Shown here piece by piece: positions 29,739 through 39,540 of a DNA stretch of 64,000 nt. Each line of letters begins with the position of its first letter. Position 1 is the first letter of the stretch. The notes below the pieces were generated by a model, which was not told the origin of the DNA, ran no database searches, and was given only the letters and a program-made list of their open reading frames with translations. This stretch comes from Candidatus Latescibacterota bacterium. Its GTDB lineage: Bacteria > Latescibacterota > UBA2968 > UBA8231. The translations under genes were made by a program, and so were the position numbers. Location: positions 2,880,001 through 2,944,000 of the forward strand of contig OZ242005.1 of the NCBI GenBank assembly GCA_965204725.1, written 5' to 3'.

Positions 29739-30464
29739 ATGGAAGCTCCCCAAGCAGCAATCAGCGTCGTCGGCCGCATGGTGCGCGTCTTCTACGCGCC
29801 GAGCGAGACCTTTGAGGCCGTAAGCGAGCAGCGCACGGCCGCCGACTGGCTGGTGCCGACCGCGCTGGTCGCCGCGGTGACGACGGTCGCGGCCCTTTTC
29901 GTCCTGCCCATCGTCACCGAGTTCAACCAAGAGGCCATGCAGCAGCAGATGCAGAGCATGTCCGCCGAAGAGCGCGAAATGGCGGAGAAATTCCAGTCCC
30001 AAGGCGCAGCGCAAGTAGCGACCCTAATCGCCACGCCGATTATGATGTTCATTTATCTCTTCACCTCGGCGGCACTTTGCCTAGTGCTGGGCAAATTGTT
30101 CGGCGGCTTACTCTCCTACGGCCAAGCCCTAGCCATAACCGCGTATGCCGGGCTGATCACCCTTCCCCAACAAGTGCTCACTGCGTTGCTCGTCTCGGCC
30201 AAGAGGACGCCGGAAGTGCAAATGGGGTTGGGGCTTTTCCTCTCCGAGGAGGCACTACAAAGTTTCGGTGGACGCTTTCTGGCCTCGATTGATCCCTTCT
30301 TAGTTTGGTGGATGGTGCTCATCGGAATCGGCCTGTCCATCGTCGGGCAATTAGACCGCAACCGGGCCTACATTGGGGCCGCCGTGCTGGCGATTCTTTG
30401 GATAGCCGGATTCGCCGGGTGGGTCACTCTCGGCGCGGCCTTTACCCCCAACTCCAATGGCTGA
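29739..30464 (+). CDS. Yip1-family membrane protein
   Basis: 'FYAPSETF', multiple TMs, 'IDPFLVW'. Confidence 0.8.
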   Translation: MEAPQAAISVVGRMVRVFYAPSETFEAVSEQRTAADWLVPTALVAAVTTVAALFVLPIVTEFNQEAMQQQMQSMSAEEREMAEKFQSQGAAQVATLIATPIMMFIYLFTSAALCLVLGKLFGGLLSYGQALAITAYAGLITLPQQVLTALLVSAKRTPEVQMGLGLFLSEEALQSFGGRFLASIDPFLVWWMVLIGIGLSIVGQLDRNRAYIGAAVLAILWIAGFAGWVTLGAAFTPNSNG

Positions 30465-31749
30465 GTCGGTCACCATGTCTCCCAAAAGCGGCAAGAAACG
30501 CCCCCTTCTGAAACTCCTCGTCTTTTTGCTGTTGGCCGGCTCGGTCGGGGCTGCGATCTACTTCAACTTGCAGCGAGAAAAGGACGAAGAAACCTATCCC
30601 ACAGCGCTCGTCGAGCGGGGCGAGATCGTCGATAAGCTGGCCGAAACCGGCCGCATCGAGCTGGTGCGCACCGTGGAGGTCAAATCCACGATTGCCGGCG
30701 AAATCCGCAACCTGCCCATTGAGGCCGGCGCGTGGGTAAAAACCGGCGAACTAATGGCCGTCATCGAGCCGGACCCCAATCAATCGCTACAATTATATCA
30801 GAAGCGTTCCAGCGTGGAGCAGGGCAAGATCGACCTAGCGGAGCAGGAGCGGAACTTTGAGCGTCAGAAGGCCCTGTTCGACCGCAAGATGATACCGGCC
30901 AAGCAGTTTGAGGAAGCCGAGGTGCGCCTGACCCGCGTGCGTACCAACCTGCGCTTGGCTCAACTCGAACTCCAGATGCTCGAAGCCAAGGCCAACTTGC
31001 AACGCGCCCAGCTTTCAGAAGACCAAGTCGCGCTTGACGAGGTGCGGGTCCTCGCGCCGATTGACGGTATCGTCATCCGCCGCAACGTGGAAATCGGCGA
31101 GGTGGTCGCCTCTGGGCTATCGTCCTATTCCGGCGGGACGGTCCTTTTCCAGATCGGCGACCCCAGCCAACTCATCGTGCGCGGCGACATCGCGGAAATC
31201 GACATTGGCCGAGTGGAGACCGGCCAAGACGTGGACATCGTCGTGGATGCCTATCCCGACACCACCTATCGCGGCCGGGTGCGCTGGATCGCGCCGGTAG
31301 GCCAGCGCAAGCAGGGCAGCACCATCGTCACCTTTGACACTGAGATCGAGATTACCGACGCCGCGCCGCGCCTGCGTCAGGGCATGTCCTGCGACATCGA
31401 CATCCTCTTTGCGCGGCGCGACAGCGCGTTGTACTTGCCGGTCGAGCAGGTGCTAGAAGTCTTTGACGACGAGGACGAAGAAGCCGAGCGCGGCCGCTTT
31501 GTCGCCTACATCGCCCAGTCGCCGGATTCGCTAGCCGCGGCTCCAGACAGCACGCGCCCGGACAGCGCGTTGCACCTGCCCCTGAGTGCCTTCGCCGAGG
31601 TGGAATTAGCCATCGGCATTGAGACCTCAACCCGCTTTGAAATCCTCTCCGGCCTCGCTAGCGGCGACCGCGTCGCCGAAGACCCAAGCCTCATTCGCAA
31701 CCAGCTTGAGCAAAAGGACGAGGAGCAGGACGAGGACGAGGAAGGCTGA
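30457..31749 (+). CDS. MacA-like periplasmic adaptor
   Basis: N-terminal TM, 'VLAPIDG', 'LRQGMS'. Confidence 0.88.
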   Translation: MAESVTMSPKSGKKRPLLKLLVFLLLAGSVGAAIYFNLQREKDEETYPTALVERGEIVDKLAETGRIELVRTVEVKSTIAGEIRNLPIEAGAWVKTGELMAVIEPDPNQSLQLYQKRSSVEQGKIDLAEQERNFERQKALFDRKMIPAKQFEEAEVRLTRVRTNLRLAQLELQMLEAKANLQRAQLSEDQVALDEVRVLAPIDGIVIRRNVEIGEVVASGLSSYSGGTVLFQIGDPSQLIVRGDIAEIDIGRVETGQDVDIVVDAYPDTTYRGRVRWIAPVGQRKQGSTIVTFDTEIEITDAAPRLRQGMSCDIDILFARRDSALYLPVEQVLEVFDDEDEEAERGRFVAYIAQSPDSLAAAPDSTRPDSALHLPLSAFAEVELAIGIETSTRFEILSGLASGDRVAEDPSLIRNQLEQKDEEQDEDEEG

Positions 31750-31922
31750 TGACTGACCTAGCGTATCTTCTCGTCGTCGAGTGGTCGGAAGAAGATCAGG
31801 TATTTATCGGTTCATGCCCCGGAATTGTTGGACCTTGCTGTCACGGATTAAACCGCAGAGATGTACTCCGCCAGCTAGTCCAAATCGTAAATGATTGGCT
31901 GGAAGATGAGGAGGTTGGCTAG
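31749..31922 (+). CDS. Short orphan HicB-like protein or remnant (57 aa, not in the ORF track)
   Basis: Manual translation MTDLAYLLVVEWSEEDQVFIGSCPGIVGPCCHG...DWLEDEEVG*. Confidence 0.65.
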   Translation: MTDLAYLLVVEWSEEDQVFIGSCPGIVGPCCHGLNRRDVLRQLVQIVNDWLEDEEVG

Positions 31923-31939
31923 CTCAAAGCTGGGTGCAT

Positions 31940-33325
31940 TTAAGTCCGCGTCTCTAACTCTAAGCGCAGCAAGGTCTGGGGCAGGAACTCGACGGGAATA
32001 CCTCCCATGTTCGTCGGCGCACTCTGGCGGGCGAGGATGCGGCTGTTGGCGTACTTGCCTATCTGTTTGAGCGTCTTAGGCCGCAACTGGCCCGTCCACT
32101 TAACTTCCACCGGCCAAAAACGACCGTCCTTTATATATGCGATATCCACTTCACCCTCGCCTTTGATATAGTAAGTGGGATAGTGCCGGCCATAATGAGC
32201 AACGGCGCAGGCTTCCACTAGAGGGCCGGTGCGCTCCGGGTCGGCGAGCAGGGGGCGCACCTGTGCGGTGAAAGGATCACTTGCCTCGTGCAGCCAGCTT
32301 TGCACCGCGTGGAAAATGAAGGGATCGCAAAAGCTAATTTTGCGCGCCTTTTTCGGCGCACCGGCCAGCTTGTCCTCGCGCAAGGCTGGTTGGACGCGGA
32401 GGACGTCCATAGAGGCGAGCAGGGCGATATAGTCGCTCACCGTAGCGGGATGGTCTATGCTCAGGGTGCGGGCTAAGGAGTTATAGGTGGTCTGGGTGCC
32501 GTAGCAGCGGACAACAGCGGCCAGCACTTCGCCCAAATAGTGTTCCTGCTTGCCGCGCTTGAGCACATCGCCGCGTATCCAGTCGCTGTACGTGGCGAAG
32601 GTGGCCGGGAGGATGCGGTCGTGGCGGGCCATATCGTTAATGGCAGTGAGAAAGCCGCCGTGGACTAGATAGGCGAGAAATTCCTCGCGCAGGACTTGCT
32701 CGGTCTCTTCGGGCAGCGGCGATCTAGGCTGCGCTAACTGTAGCAACTCTGGGCCGCTCAGCGAACGCTTTAGCCCTACGGCCGCGGCAAAGCTCAAGGG
32801 ATGGAGGTGAAAGTCAACGGTCGCGGCTTGCCCCCGGCGGCCGGGAAACCGCATGCGGGCCTCTTGGATGACCGCCGTATCCGAGCCGGTCGCAATGAGC
32901 ACGACGCCTTCGAGCAAGCCGGCATCGGCGAGATACTTAATCCCCTTGTCCCAACCGGCGATATAGGTCACTTCGTCGAGCAGGATATAGCGCCGGCCCT
33001 CGGTCGGCATGGCTCGCTGGACGGTCGATACCAAGCGCACCAGCGAGTGGTGATCGTCGATGAGTTCGCCGGTGAAAAAGCGCAGCCGGGCCGGGTCGAG
33101 GCCGGTTGCAAGCAAGTCGGCCATCCACTGCTTGAGCAGGGTCGTTTTGCCAATCTGGCGGCCCCCACCCACCGTGTAAATGCCCGGCTGGGTGCGCGGC
33201 AGGCGGTCGAGGAGGGGAAAGCGATAGATTAGGGGCAGCGCGCGCAGGCGTCTGAGGTGCGGGTCCAGTTTGGAAAAGGCACCGTCGAGATGGGTATTGT
33301 GAATTTGGAATTCTTCTAAGTTCAT
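31940..33325 (-). CDS. AAA+ ATPase (AAA_14 + DUF4143)
   Basis: 'GGRQIGKTT', 'LLDEV', 'ATGS', C-terminal 'EVDIA..PVEVK'. Confidence 0.88.
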   Translation of the reverse strand: MNLEEFQIHNTHLDGAFSKLDPHLRRLRALPLIYRFPLLDRLPRTQPGIYTVGGGRQIGKTTLLKQWMADLLATGLDPARLRFFTGELIDDHHSLVRLVSTVQRAMPTEGRRYILLDEVTYIAGWDKGIKYLADAGLLEGVVLIATGSDTAVIQEARMRFPGRRGQAATVDFHLHPLSFAAAVGLKRSLSGPELLQLAQPRSPLPEETEQVLREEFLAYLVHGGFLTAINDMARHDRILPATFATYSDWIRGDVLKRGKQEHYLGEVLAAVVRCYGTQTTYNSLARTLSIDHPATVSDYIALLASMDVLRVQPALREDKLAGAPKKARKISFCDPFIFHAVQSWLHEASDPFTAQVRPLLADPERTGPLVEACAVAHYGRHYPTYYIKGEGEVDIAYIKDGRFWPVEVKWTGQLRPKTLKQIGKYANSRILARQSAPTNMGGIPVEFLPQTLLRLELETRT

Positions 33326-33498
33326 TAAATATGTATGGTTACGTTTATTGCGAAAATTTAGTCAATCGGCTCTGAATAAACTTAGGCAACGCAAATCAAT
33401 GGCGCAATTTTGCACATTCCCCGCCTTTCTCAGAAGCGGTCTGGAAATTCTGATGGAGTGCCGTTGGGTTTGTGATTCGTCTAACCTATCTTTAACGC

Positions 33499-33623
33499 CT
33501 TACTACACGACACCAGCCGCTCGCCTTCCAAGGATCGAGGGCATCTTGCCCTCGTCGAGGGTGGGACGCCCTCGATCCCGGATGCAACGGGAGCCGTAGA
33601 AAAAGTAAGTGTCGCGTACTTAG
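33499..33623 (+). mobile_element. MITE, copy 3, with perfect 9-bp target-site duplication
   Basis: TIRs CTTACTACACGACAC / GTGTCGCGTACTTAG (12/15 inverted match); CTTTAACGC at 33490-33498 and 33624-33632; internal GC hairpins. Confidence 0.8.
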
Positions 33624-33672
33624 CTTTAACGCTTAATTGCTGCCCTTCGACCTGCAAGGACGAAAGACCCCG

Positions 33673-34902
33673 ATGACCCTTCTCGAACCTCTCTTCGCTG
33701 GCTTGGGCCAGCTCCGGGCGCACAAGCTGCGCTCGCTGCTGACGCTGTTGGGCATTGTCATTGGCGTGGCGGCCATCATCGCCGTGGTGTCGCTCGGAGA
33801 AGGGCTGCGTCGCCAAGTGATCTCCCAGTTCATCTTCAGCGGCGGCGCGGGCATGATCCGGGTGGAGCCGCCGCGCCAGTGGGTGCGCAAGGATGGCCGC
33901 TGGGTCCGTCGCCCGTGGCAGGAGTACCTGACCGAGGCCGACATGGCGGCCATGCAGCGGGAAATCGACGAGCTACACGCCCTCGTGCCCGAGGTGCAAG
34001 GCAATGCCTCGCTACAGCGCGGCAAGACCACCGTGCAGGCGAGCTATACGGGCACTTCGGATGCGTTCAACGAGGGCTTCAACTGGCCCTTGACCAGCGG
34101 CCGGCCCCTGAGCGCGTTAGACTTGCGCCTCGCCCGCAAGGTCTGCCTGCTCGGCCACGACGTGCGTAAAGACCTCTTTCAGGAAGCCGATCCGCTGGGC
34201 GAGGAGATCAAGCTCAACGGCGACCGCTACGTGGTCGTGGGCGTGCTCGCCGAGCGCGTCCGCTTTGGCCAAAGTGAGGGCAATCGCGTGTTGGTCCCAT
34301 ACACCACGGCTCAAAAGCGGCTCAACGGCGAGGATCACTTCTCAGAGCTCACGCTTTTCGTGGAGGATTTGGACGCTGTCGAGCGGGTCATCGAAGCGGT
34401 GCGCCGCGTTCTCCGGCGACGCCACGAGCACGGCGACGCCTTTGAGGTAGAAACCAGCCAAGGGCAGATAGACAACGCCAACGAGTTCTTCCGCGTCCTG
34501 CAGCAAGTGGGCGGTGGGATTGCCGGGATTTCGCTGTTGGTCGGCGGCATTGGCATTATGAACATCTTGCTGGTGTCGGTGGCCGAGCGCACCCGCGAGA
34601 TCGGCATCCGCAAGGCCCTCGGCGCCAAGCCGCGCCACATCCTCGGCCAGTTCCTCGCCGAGGCCGTAGTCTTGAGCATGGTCGGCGGTCTGTTGGGCAT
34701 CCTCAGCGGCTTGGGTTTGGGCTTGGGGGCGGCCTTCATTATTCAGCAGCTCGCGCCCGGCTCGCCTTTTACCAGCATTGTCTCGGCTGAGTCCGTGCTC
34801 TGGGCCGTCGGCTTTTCATCGGCTGTCGGCATCTTTTTCGGCGTCTATCCCGCCTTTCGCGCGGCCCGGCTCGATCCGGTAGAGGCGTTGCGCCGCACGT
34901 GA
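33673..34902 (+). CDS. MacB/FtsX-like ABC permease
   Basis: 'RSLLTLLGIVIGV', '[22 protein letters not shown]'. Confidence 0.92.
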   Translation: MTLLEPLFAGLGQLRAHKLRSLLTLLGIVIGVAAIIAVVSLGEGLRRQVISQFIFSGGAGMIRVEPPRQWVRKDGRWVRRPWQEYLTEADMAAMQREIDELHALVPEVQGNASLQRGKTTVQASYTGTSDAFNEGFNWPLTSGRPLSALDLRLARKVCLLGHDVRKDLFQEADPLGEEIKLNGDRYVVVGVLAERVRFGQSEGNRVLVPYTTAQKRLNGEDHFSELTLFVEDLDAVERVIEAVRRVLRRRHEHGDAFEVETSQGQIDNANEFFRVLQQVGGGIAGISLLVGGIGIMNILLVSVAERTREIGIRKALGAKPRHILGQFLAEAVVLSMVGGLLGILSGLGLGLGAAFIIQQLAPGSPFTSIVSAESVLWAVGFSSAVGIFFGVYPAFRAARLDPVEALRRT

Positions 34903-36122
34903 TCTTCCTCGAAGCCATCCGCATTGCCCTCGGGCAAATATGGGTCAACAAACTGCGCACGGCCCTGACCCTGCTGGGCATGATGATTGGGGTCGGCGCG
35001 GTCGTCGGCATCGTGTCCATTGGCGAGGGGATGCGGCAGTTTGTCATCGACGAGTTCGGCAAGCTGGGCGGGGCGCAGTTCGTGATGGTCTCGCCGCAAT
35101 ACATGCATCTCAAGGACGGCCGCTGGGTCCCCAATCCTCGCTATAAGCCCTTGACCATGGACGACCTGCACGTGGTTGAGCAAGCCTCCGACCGCTTAGC
35201 CGCGGTCCTGCCCTCTATGACGCACGGGGCCGATCTGCGCTATCGCAAGGCCAGCTACCAGAGCCGGGCGGCCGGGACCTTGCCCGAGTTCGCCGCGGTG
35301 TACAATTGGCAGGTCGCCGCGGGCCGCTTCCTAATCAACGACGACTTAGACAAGGTGCGCCGGGTCTGCGTGATTGGGGAAAAGGTGCGCGAGGAGGTGT
35401 TTGGCTTGGCCCCCTTCTTGGGACGCGAGCTCAAGCTCAACGGCCAGCGCTTTACGGTCGTCGGCCTGATGGAGGACCGCCAGACCTTTGGCGAGGACTG
35501 GGGCGATCAAGTGCTGGTGCCGGTGACGACAGCCCAGCGCCGTCTCGCCGGCAACAAGTTCATCCAAGCCTTGGTAGCCCACGCCAAGGAGCCCGAAGAC
35601 GTGCCTCACATTACCGTTGCCATTGAAGAGGCCCTCAAAAAGCACCACGGCCCGGAGGCTGGCTATCAGATCTTCAGCGGCCGCAGCATCTTAGAGCAGG
35701 TCGAGCAGATCATTTTGCTGTTGAAGTTGGTCGTGGGTGGGATTGCCGGGATTTCGCTGTTGGTCGGCGGCATTGGCATTATGAACATCTTGCTGGTGTC
35801 GGTGGCCGAGCGCACCCGCGAGATTGGCATCCGCAAGGCCCTCGGCGCCAAGCCGGTGACGCTACTGTGGCAATTCGTGATAGAGGCGATGGCCCTGAGC
35901 TTGACCGGGGGCGTGCTCGGGGTGGCGGCGGGCTACGGGTTGGGCGAGGGCATTGCGCGCGTCATCTCCCACTACAGCGAATTGAACTTTCCCAGCATTG
36001 TCTCGCCGGAGGCCACGCTGCTGGTGCTGGCCTTGTCCATCGCGATTGGTCTTTTCTTTGGCATCTATCCGGCGGCCCGCGCCTCGCGGCTCGACCCGGT
36101 GGATGCTTTGCGCTCGGAGTGA
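34899..36122 (+). CDS. MacB/FtsX-like ABC permease
   Basis: Same motifs as the upstream permease. Confidence 0.92.
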   Translation: MIFLEAIRIALGQIWVNKLRTALTLLGMMIGVGAVVGIVSIGEGMRQFVIDEFGKLGGAQFVMVSPQYMHLKDGRWVPNPRYKPLTMDDLHVVEQASDRLAAVLPSMTHGADLRYRKASYQSRAAGTLPEFAAVYNWQVAAGRFLINDDLDKVRRVCVIGEKVREEVFGLAPFLGRELKLNGQRFTVVGLMEDRQTFGEDWGDQVLVPVTTAQRRLAGNKFIQALVAHAKEPEDVPHITVAIEEALKKHHGPEAGYQIFSGRSILEQVEQIILLLKLVVGGIAGISLLVGGIGIMNILLVSVAERTREIGIRKALGAKPVTLLWQFVIEAMALSLTGGVLGVAAGYGLGEGIARVISHYSELNFPSIVSPEATLLVLALSIAIGLFFGIYPAARASRLDPVDALRSE

Positions 36123-36126
36123 TCTC

Positions 36127-36807
<681 letters not shown>

Positions 36808-36903
36808 TAGCCCGAGGAGCCGCATCCGCTGCTAATTGACGCAATTTTTGCGTTCTACTACTCTTGCATAGAACATCCTCAGTTTAGCAAAAGGAATACC
36901 ACC

Positions 36904-37794
36904 ATGTTCGTCGTCCGTGCATTCGCGTCCATCGCCCTCGTCTTTCTTCCCCTCTCGGCTACAGCTCAGATTACCCTCTCTCCCGACGATTTACGCCTGC
37001 CCTTGGGCATGACTTGGGAACAAGAAATCGCCACAGCCCAAGGCAGCCTAGAAGACTCCGAATTCAACATCGGCACTACTGGTGCCGACCAATCCTTCGA
37101 CCTGACTAGCGTCCTCGCCAACAGTACGTCCATCCGCGCTCGCAGTTCGGTCATCCCGCTGGAGCAGGCCCCCAATGCCGCTCGCTTCCCCGACGCGGAT
37201 TACGCCGTCCACAACATTGTGACCGCGCCCAACGCCACCGGCACCCTTGAAGAGTTCGAGACGTACGACTATTTCCAGCGCAGTGCCGCAGGCGATGTTC
37301 TCGTCGGGAGCGAAGGACCGGCCGGACAAGTCCCCTTCCCGACTATCGATGTAGAAACGCCTTGGCCGCTGGAATTCGGCAAAAACTGGATGGTCGAAAA
37401 TCTCTCCTTGGACGAGACTATAGCACCGGGGCTAACACGTTCCGGCCTGCACGATTATCAATACGTCGTTGATGCATGGGGAGAGATTCGGCTACCAGCG
37501 GGCACCTTTGAGTGTCTGCGCCTCCACCAGACTGGCTCTGGCGTCGTTACCTTCACGGGCGACGCTCACCTCGAGTCGTTGGGCGAAGTGACAGCCGAGA
37601 TAGACGCCTATGTTTGGTATGCCCGCGGGATTGGCACCGTCGCCATAGTCGTAGAGACGAGGCAGACTTTCGCCAGCGGCAACATCCCGCCGACTACGAC
37701 CACTCAAGTCGCCCGCCTCACTGAGATATCCAGCCCGGCCAGCGCGATAGCCGCCACGAGTTGGGGAGCCTTCAAGCAAAAGTTCGCCGAATAG
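36904..37794 (+). CDS. Secreted protein with C-terminal 'ATSWGAFK' tail
   Basis: Signal peptide; 'VDAWGEIRLPAGTFECLR'; promoter TTGACG-N17-TACTCT upstream. Confidence 0.8.
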   Translation: MFVVRAFASIALVFLPLSATAQITLSPDDLRLPLGMTWEQEIATAQGSLEDSEFNIGTTGADQSFDLTSVLANSTSIRARSSVIPLEQAPNAARFPDADYAVHNIVTAPNATGTLEEFETYDYFQRSAAGDVLVGSEGPAGQVPFPTIDVETPWPLEFGKNWMVENLSLDETIAPGLTRSGLHDYQYVVDAWGEIRLPAGTFECLRLHQTGSGVVTFTGDAHLESLGEVTAEIDAYVWYARGIGTVAIVVETRQTFASGNIPPTTTTQVARLTEISSPASAIAATSWGAFKQKFAE

Positions 37795-37959
37795 ATTGAT
37801 TTACTGCCACTTGGTGTCGAGCAAGTACTCCTCTTATTGTTAGTAATCTCCTTCGTTGACACAATTTTCGCGTTTCACTATTCTTGCGTTACAGAGACCA
37901 TGACGAACCACTCTCGGTCTTTGTTGTCAACTATATGCTGCGAATACTGGAGGTCTGGC

Positions 37960-38202
37960 ATGAAGAACATCACTATCACTCTACCCGAGGATGTCGCCCG
38001 GTGGCTGCGGGTCAAAGCTGCCGAGAACGAGCGCAGTGTCTCCAAATGGCTGGCCGAACTGCTGGAAAGTATGAAGCGTCAGGAAGACGAGTATGAGGTC
38101 GCAATGAAGCGCTACTTGGCGATGAAGCCACGCGAGATCAACTGGCCGCAGGGCCGCAGGCCGACGCGCGAGGAATTGTATGACCGTCCCGGTCTTCGTT
38201 GA
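37960..38202 (+). CDS. Ribbon-helix-helix antitoxin (VapB-like)
   Basis: 'MKNITITLPEDVARWLRVKAAE..SVS', '..TREELYDR'. Confidence 0.8.
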   Translation: MKNITITLPEDVARWLRVKAAENERSVSKWLAELLESMKRQEDEYEVAMKRYLAMKPREINWPQGRRPTREELYDRPGLR

Positions 38203-38644
38203 CACGAATATCTTCGTTTACCGCCACGACAGCTCGGACCCGTCAAAGCAGGCTTGCGCCGAGCAATGGATCAGACTGCTCGCGCACAATCGCTCTGGTC
38301 GGCTGAGTTTTCAGGTACTTCAAGAACTCTACGTGAGTCTCACGCACGAACGGCGGCTGAATTTCGGTCGGTCAGAGGCCCAAGAGATCATCAAGGTACT
38401 CACAGCGTGGCAACCGGTAGCCGCTGACCTCGCGATGCTGAACCGAGCTTGGGTCTTGCAGGATCGCTTTCCCTTGTCTTGGTGGGATGCGCTCATCGTC
38501 GCCGCCGCGCAGACCTGCGAGTGCAGGGTTTTGCTGACCGAGGACCTGCAAGACGGTCAAGAGTTCGGCGCGGTTCGGGTGGTCAATCCGTTTGCCTCGC
38601 CGGACCGAACGCCGGAAGAGATACTGGCAGCTTTGGCGTCGTGA
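38180..38644 (+). CDS. vapC: PIN-domain toxin
   Basis: 'FVDTNIFVY', 'QVLQE', 'WDALIV', 'LLTEDL'. Confidence 0.9.
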   Translation: MTVPVFVDTNIFVYRHDSSDPSKQACAEQWIRLLAHNRSGRLSFQVLQELYVSLTHERRLNFGRSEAQEIIKVLTAWQPVAADLAMLNRAWVLQDRFPLSWWDALIVAAAQTCECRVLLTEDLQDGQEFGAVRVVNPFASPDRTPEEILAALAS

Positions 38645-38819
38645 GCGTTTGATTGTCGCACGGCCTCGTTCCCGTGTCGTCGGGCAGACTTTCGCCAGCG
38701 GCAACATCGCACCAACTACGACCACTCAAGTCGCCCGCCTCACTGAGATGCCCAGCCCGGCCAGCGCGATAGCCGCCACGAGTTGAGGAGCCTTCAAGCA
38801 AAAGTTCGCCGAATAGATT

Positions 38820-39218
38820 TTACTGCCACTTGGTTTGCACGTGTGGATAGGAGCGCAGCCGTTGGTCGGCGCTGATTAGCACTAGATTATGTACCCGCGC
38901 TGTGGCGACGATCATTTGGTCGGCTGGGTCTTTGTGGAAGGGACTCGGCAAATGCGCCGATTCGAGGGCTATATCCACCGTAAGGGGCAAAAGTTCTATA
39001 AACGGGGCTTGGGTGGCGCACTCAACCCACTGACGCACAGGCATAGATAAATGCAAGTGCCCCTTGGACTCTTTTTTCGCCACTTCCCAAGGACTGATCG
39101 CCGCTAGCCCAAAGGGCAAGTGATCCGGCTCCAGCAGCACCTCCCTGATCGGGGCGGGCAGCTTTTCCGGTGCCTCCAAGGCCCAGAGCCACGCATTGGT
39201 ATCGAGCAAGTACTTCAC
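38820..39218 (-). CDS. vapC: PIN-domain toxin
   Basis: 'YLLDTNAWLW', 'SPWE', 'HKDPADQMIVA'; GTG overlaps the antitoxin stop. Confidence 0.9.
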   Translation of the reverse strand: MKYLLDTNAWLWALEAPEKLPAPIREVLLEPDHLPFGLAAISPWEVAKKESKGHLHLSMPVRQWVECATQAPFIELLPLTVDIALESAHLPSPFHKDPADQMIVATARVHNLVLISADQRLRSYPHVQTKWQ

Positions 39219-39454
39219 TGGCAGGTTTCCCAATCATCTTCGCCGAGCGGTTCATCCCAACCGGGCTGGTACGCGACCGTATCTCGGAGCGAGCCGAAGA
39301 AGGATTGGGGGTCGGGTTTGGTCTCCGGCTCAGGGGGGACGACCTGCGCTATGACTTTGCCGCGATTGGTCAACTCCACGGTTTTGTATTTGGTGCCGAC
39401 TTCGCGCACGACTTGGGTGCATTTGGCTTTGAACTCGCTGATGGGCATCCGCAT
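39215..39454 (-). CDS. Phd/YefM antitoxin
   Basis: 'ISEFKAKC..LTNRGKVIAQVVP'. Confidence 0.88.
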   Translation of the reverse strand: MRMPISEFKAKCTQVVREVGTKYKTVELTNRGKVIAQVVPPEPETKPDPQSFFGSLRDTVAYQPGWDEPLGEDDWETCQ

Positions 39455-39466
39455 GGCCTCAACTCC

Positions 39467-39496
39467 TGACTATATAGTCATTTTATATGACTATAT
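39467..39496. promoter_or_regulatory. Operator palindromes of the phd-vapC operon
   Basis: Perfect TGACTATATAGTCA, overlapping ATATAGTCAT-N5-ATGACTATAT. Confidence 0.65.
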
Positions 39497-39540
39497 TAAA
39501 CGGCACACCGCCTGTTGTCAATAATCTCCGCAGTGCCCCG

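Larger units (their letters stand above)
37661..38834 (+). repeat. ~155-bp diverged direct repeats flanking a vapBC cassette
   Basis: 37661-37815 vs 38683-38834; the second copy has TGG>TGA at 38784. Confidence 0.9.

Noticed and set aside
37661-38834. Possible DGR template/variable repeat pair
   Set aside because: Only about half of the mismatches are at adenines, and there is no reverse transcriptase in the window.
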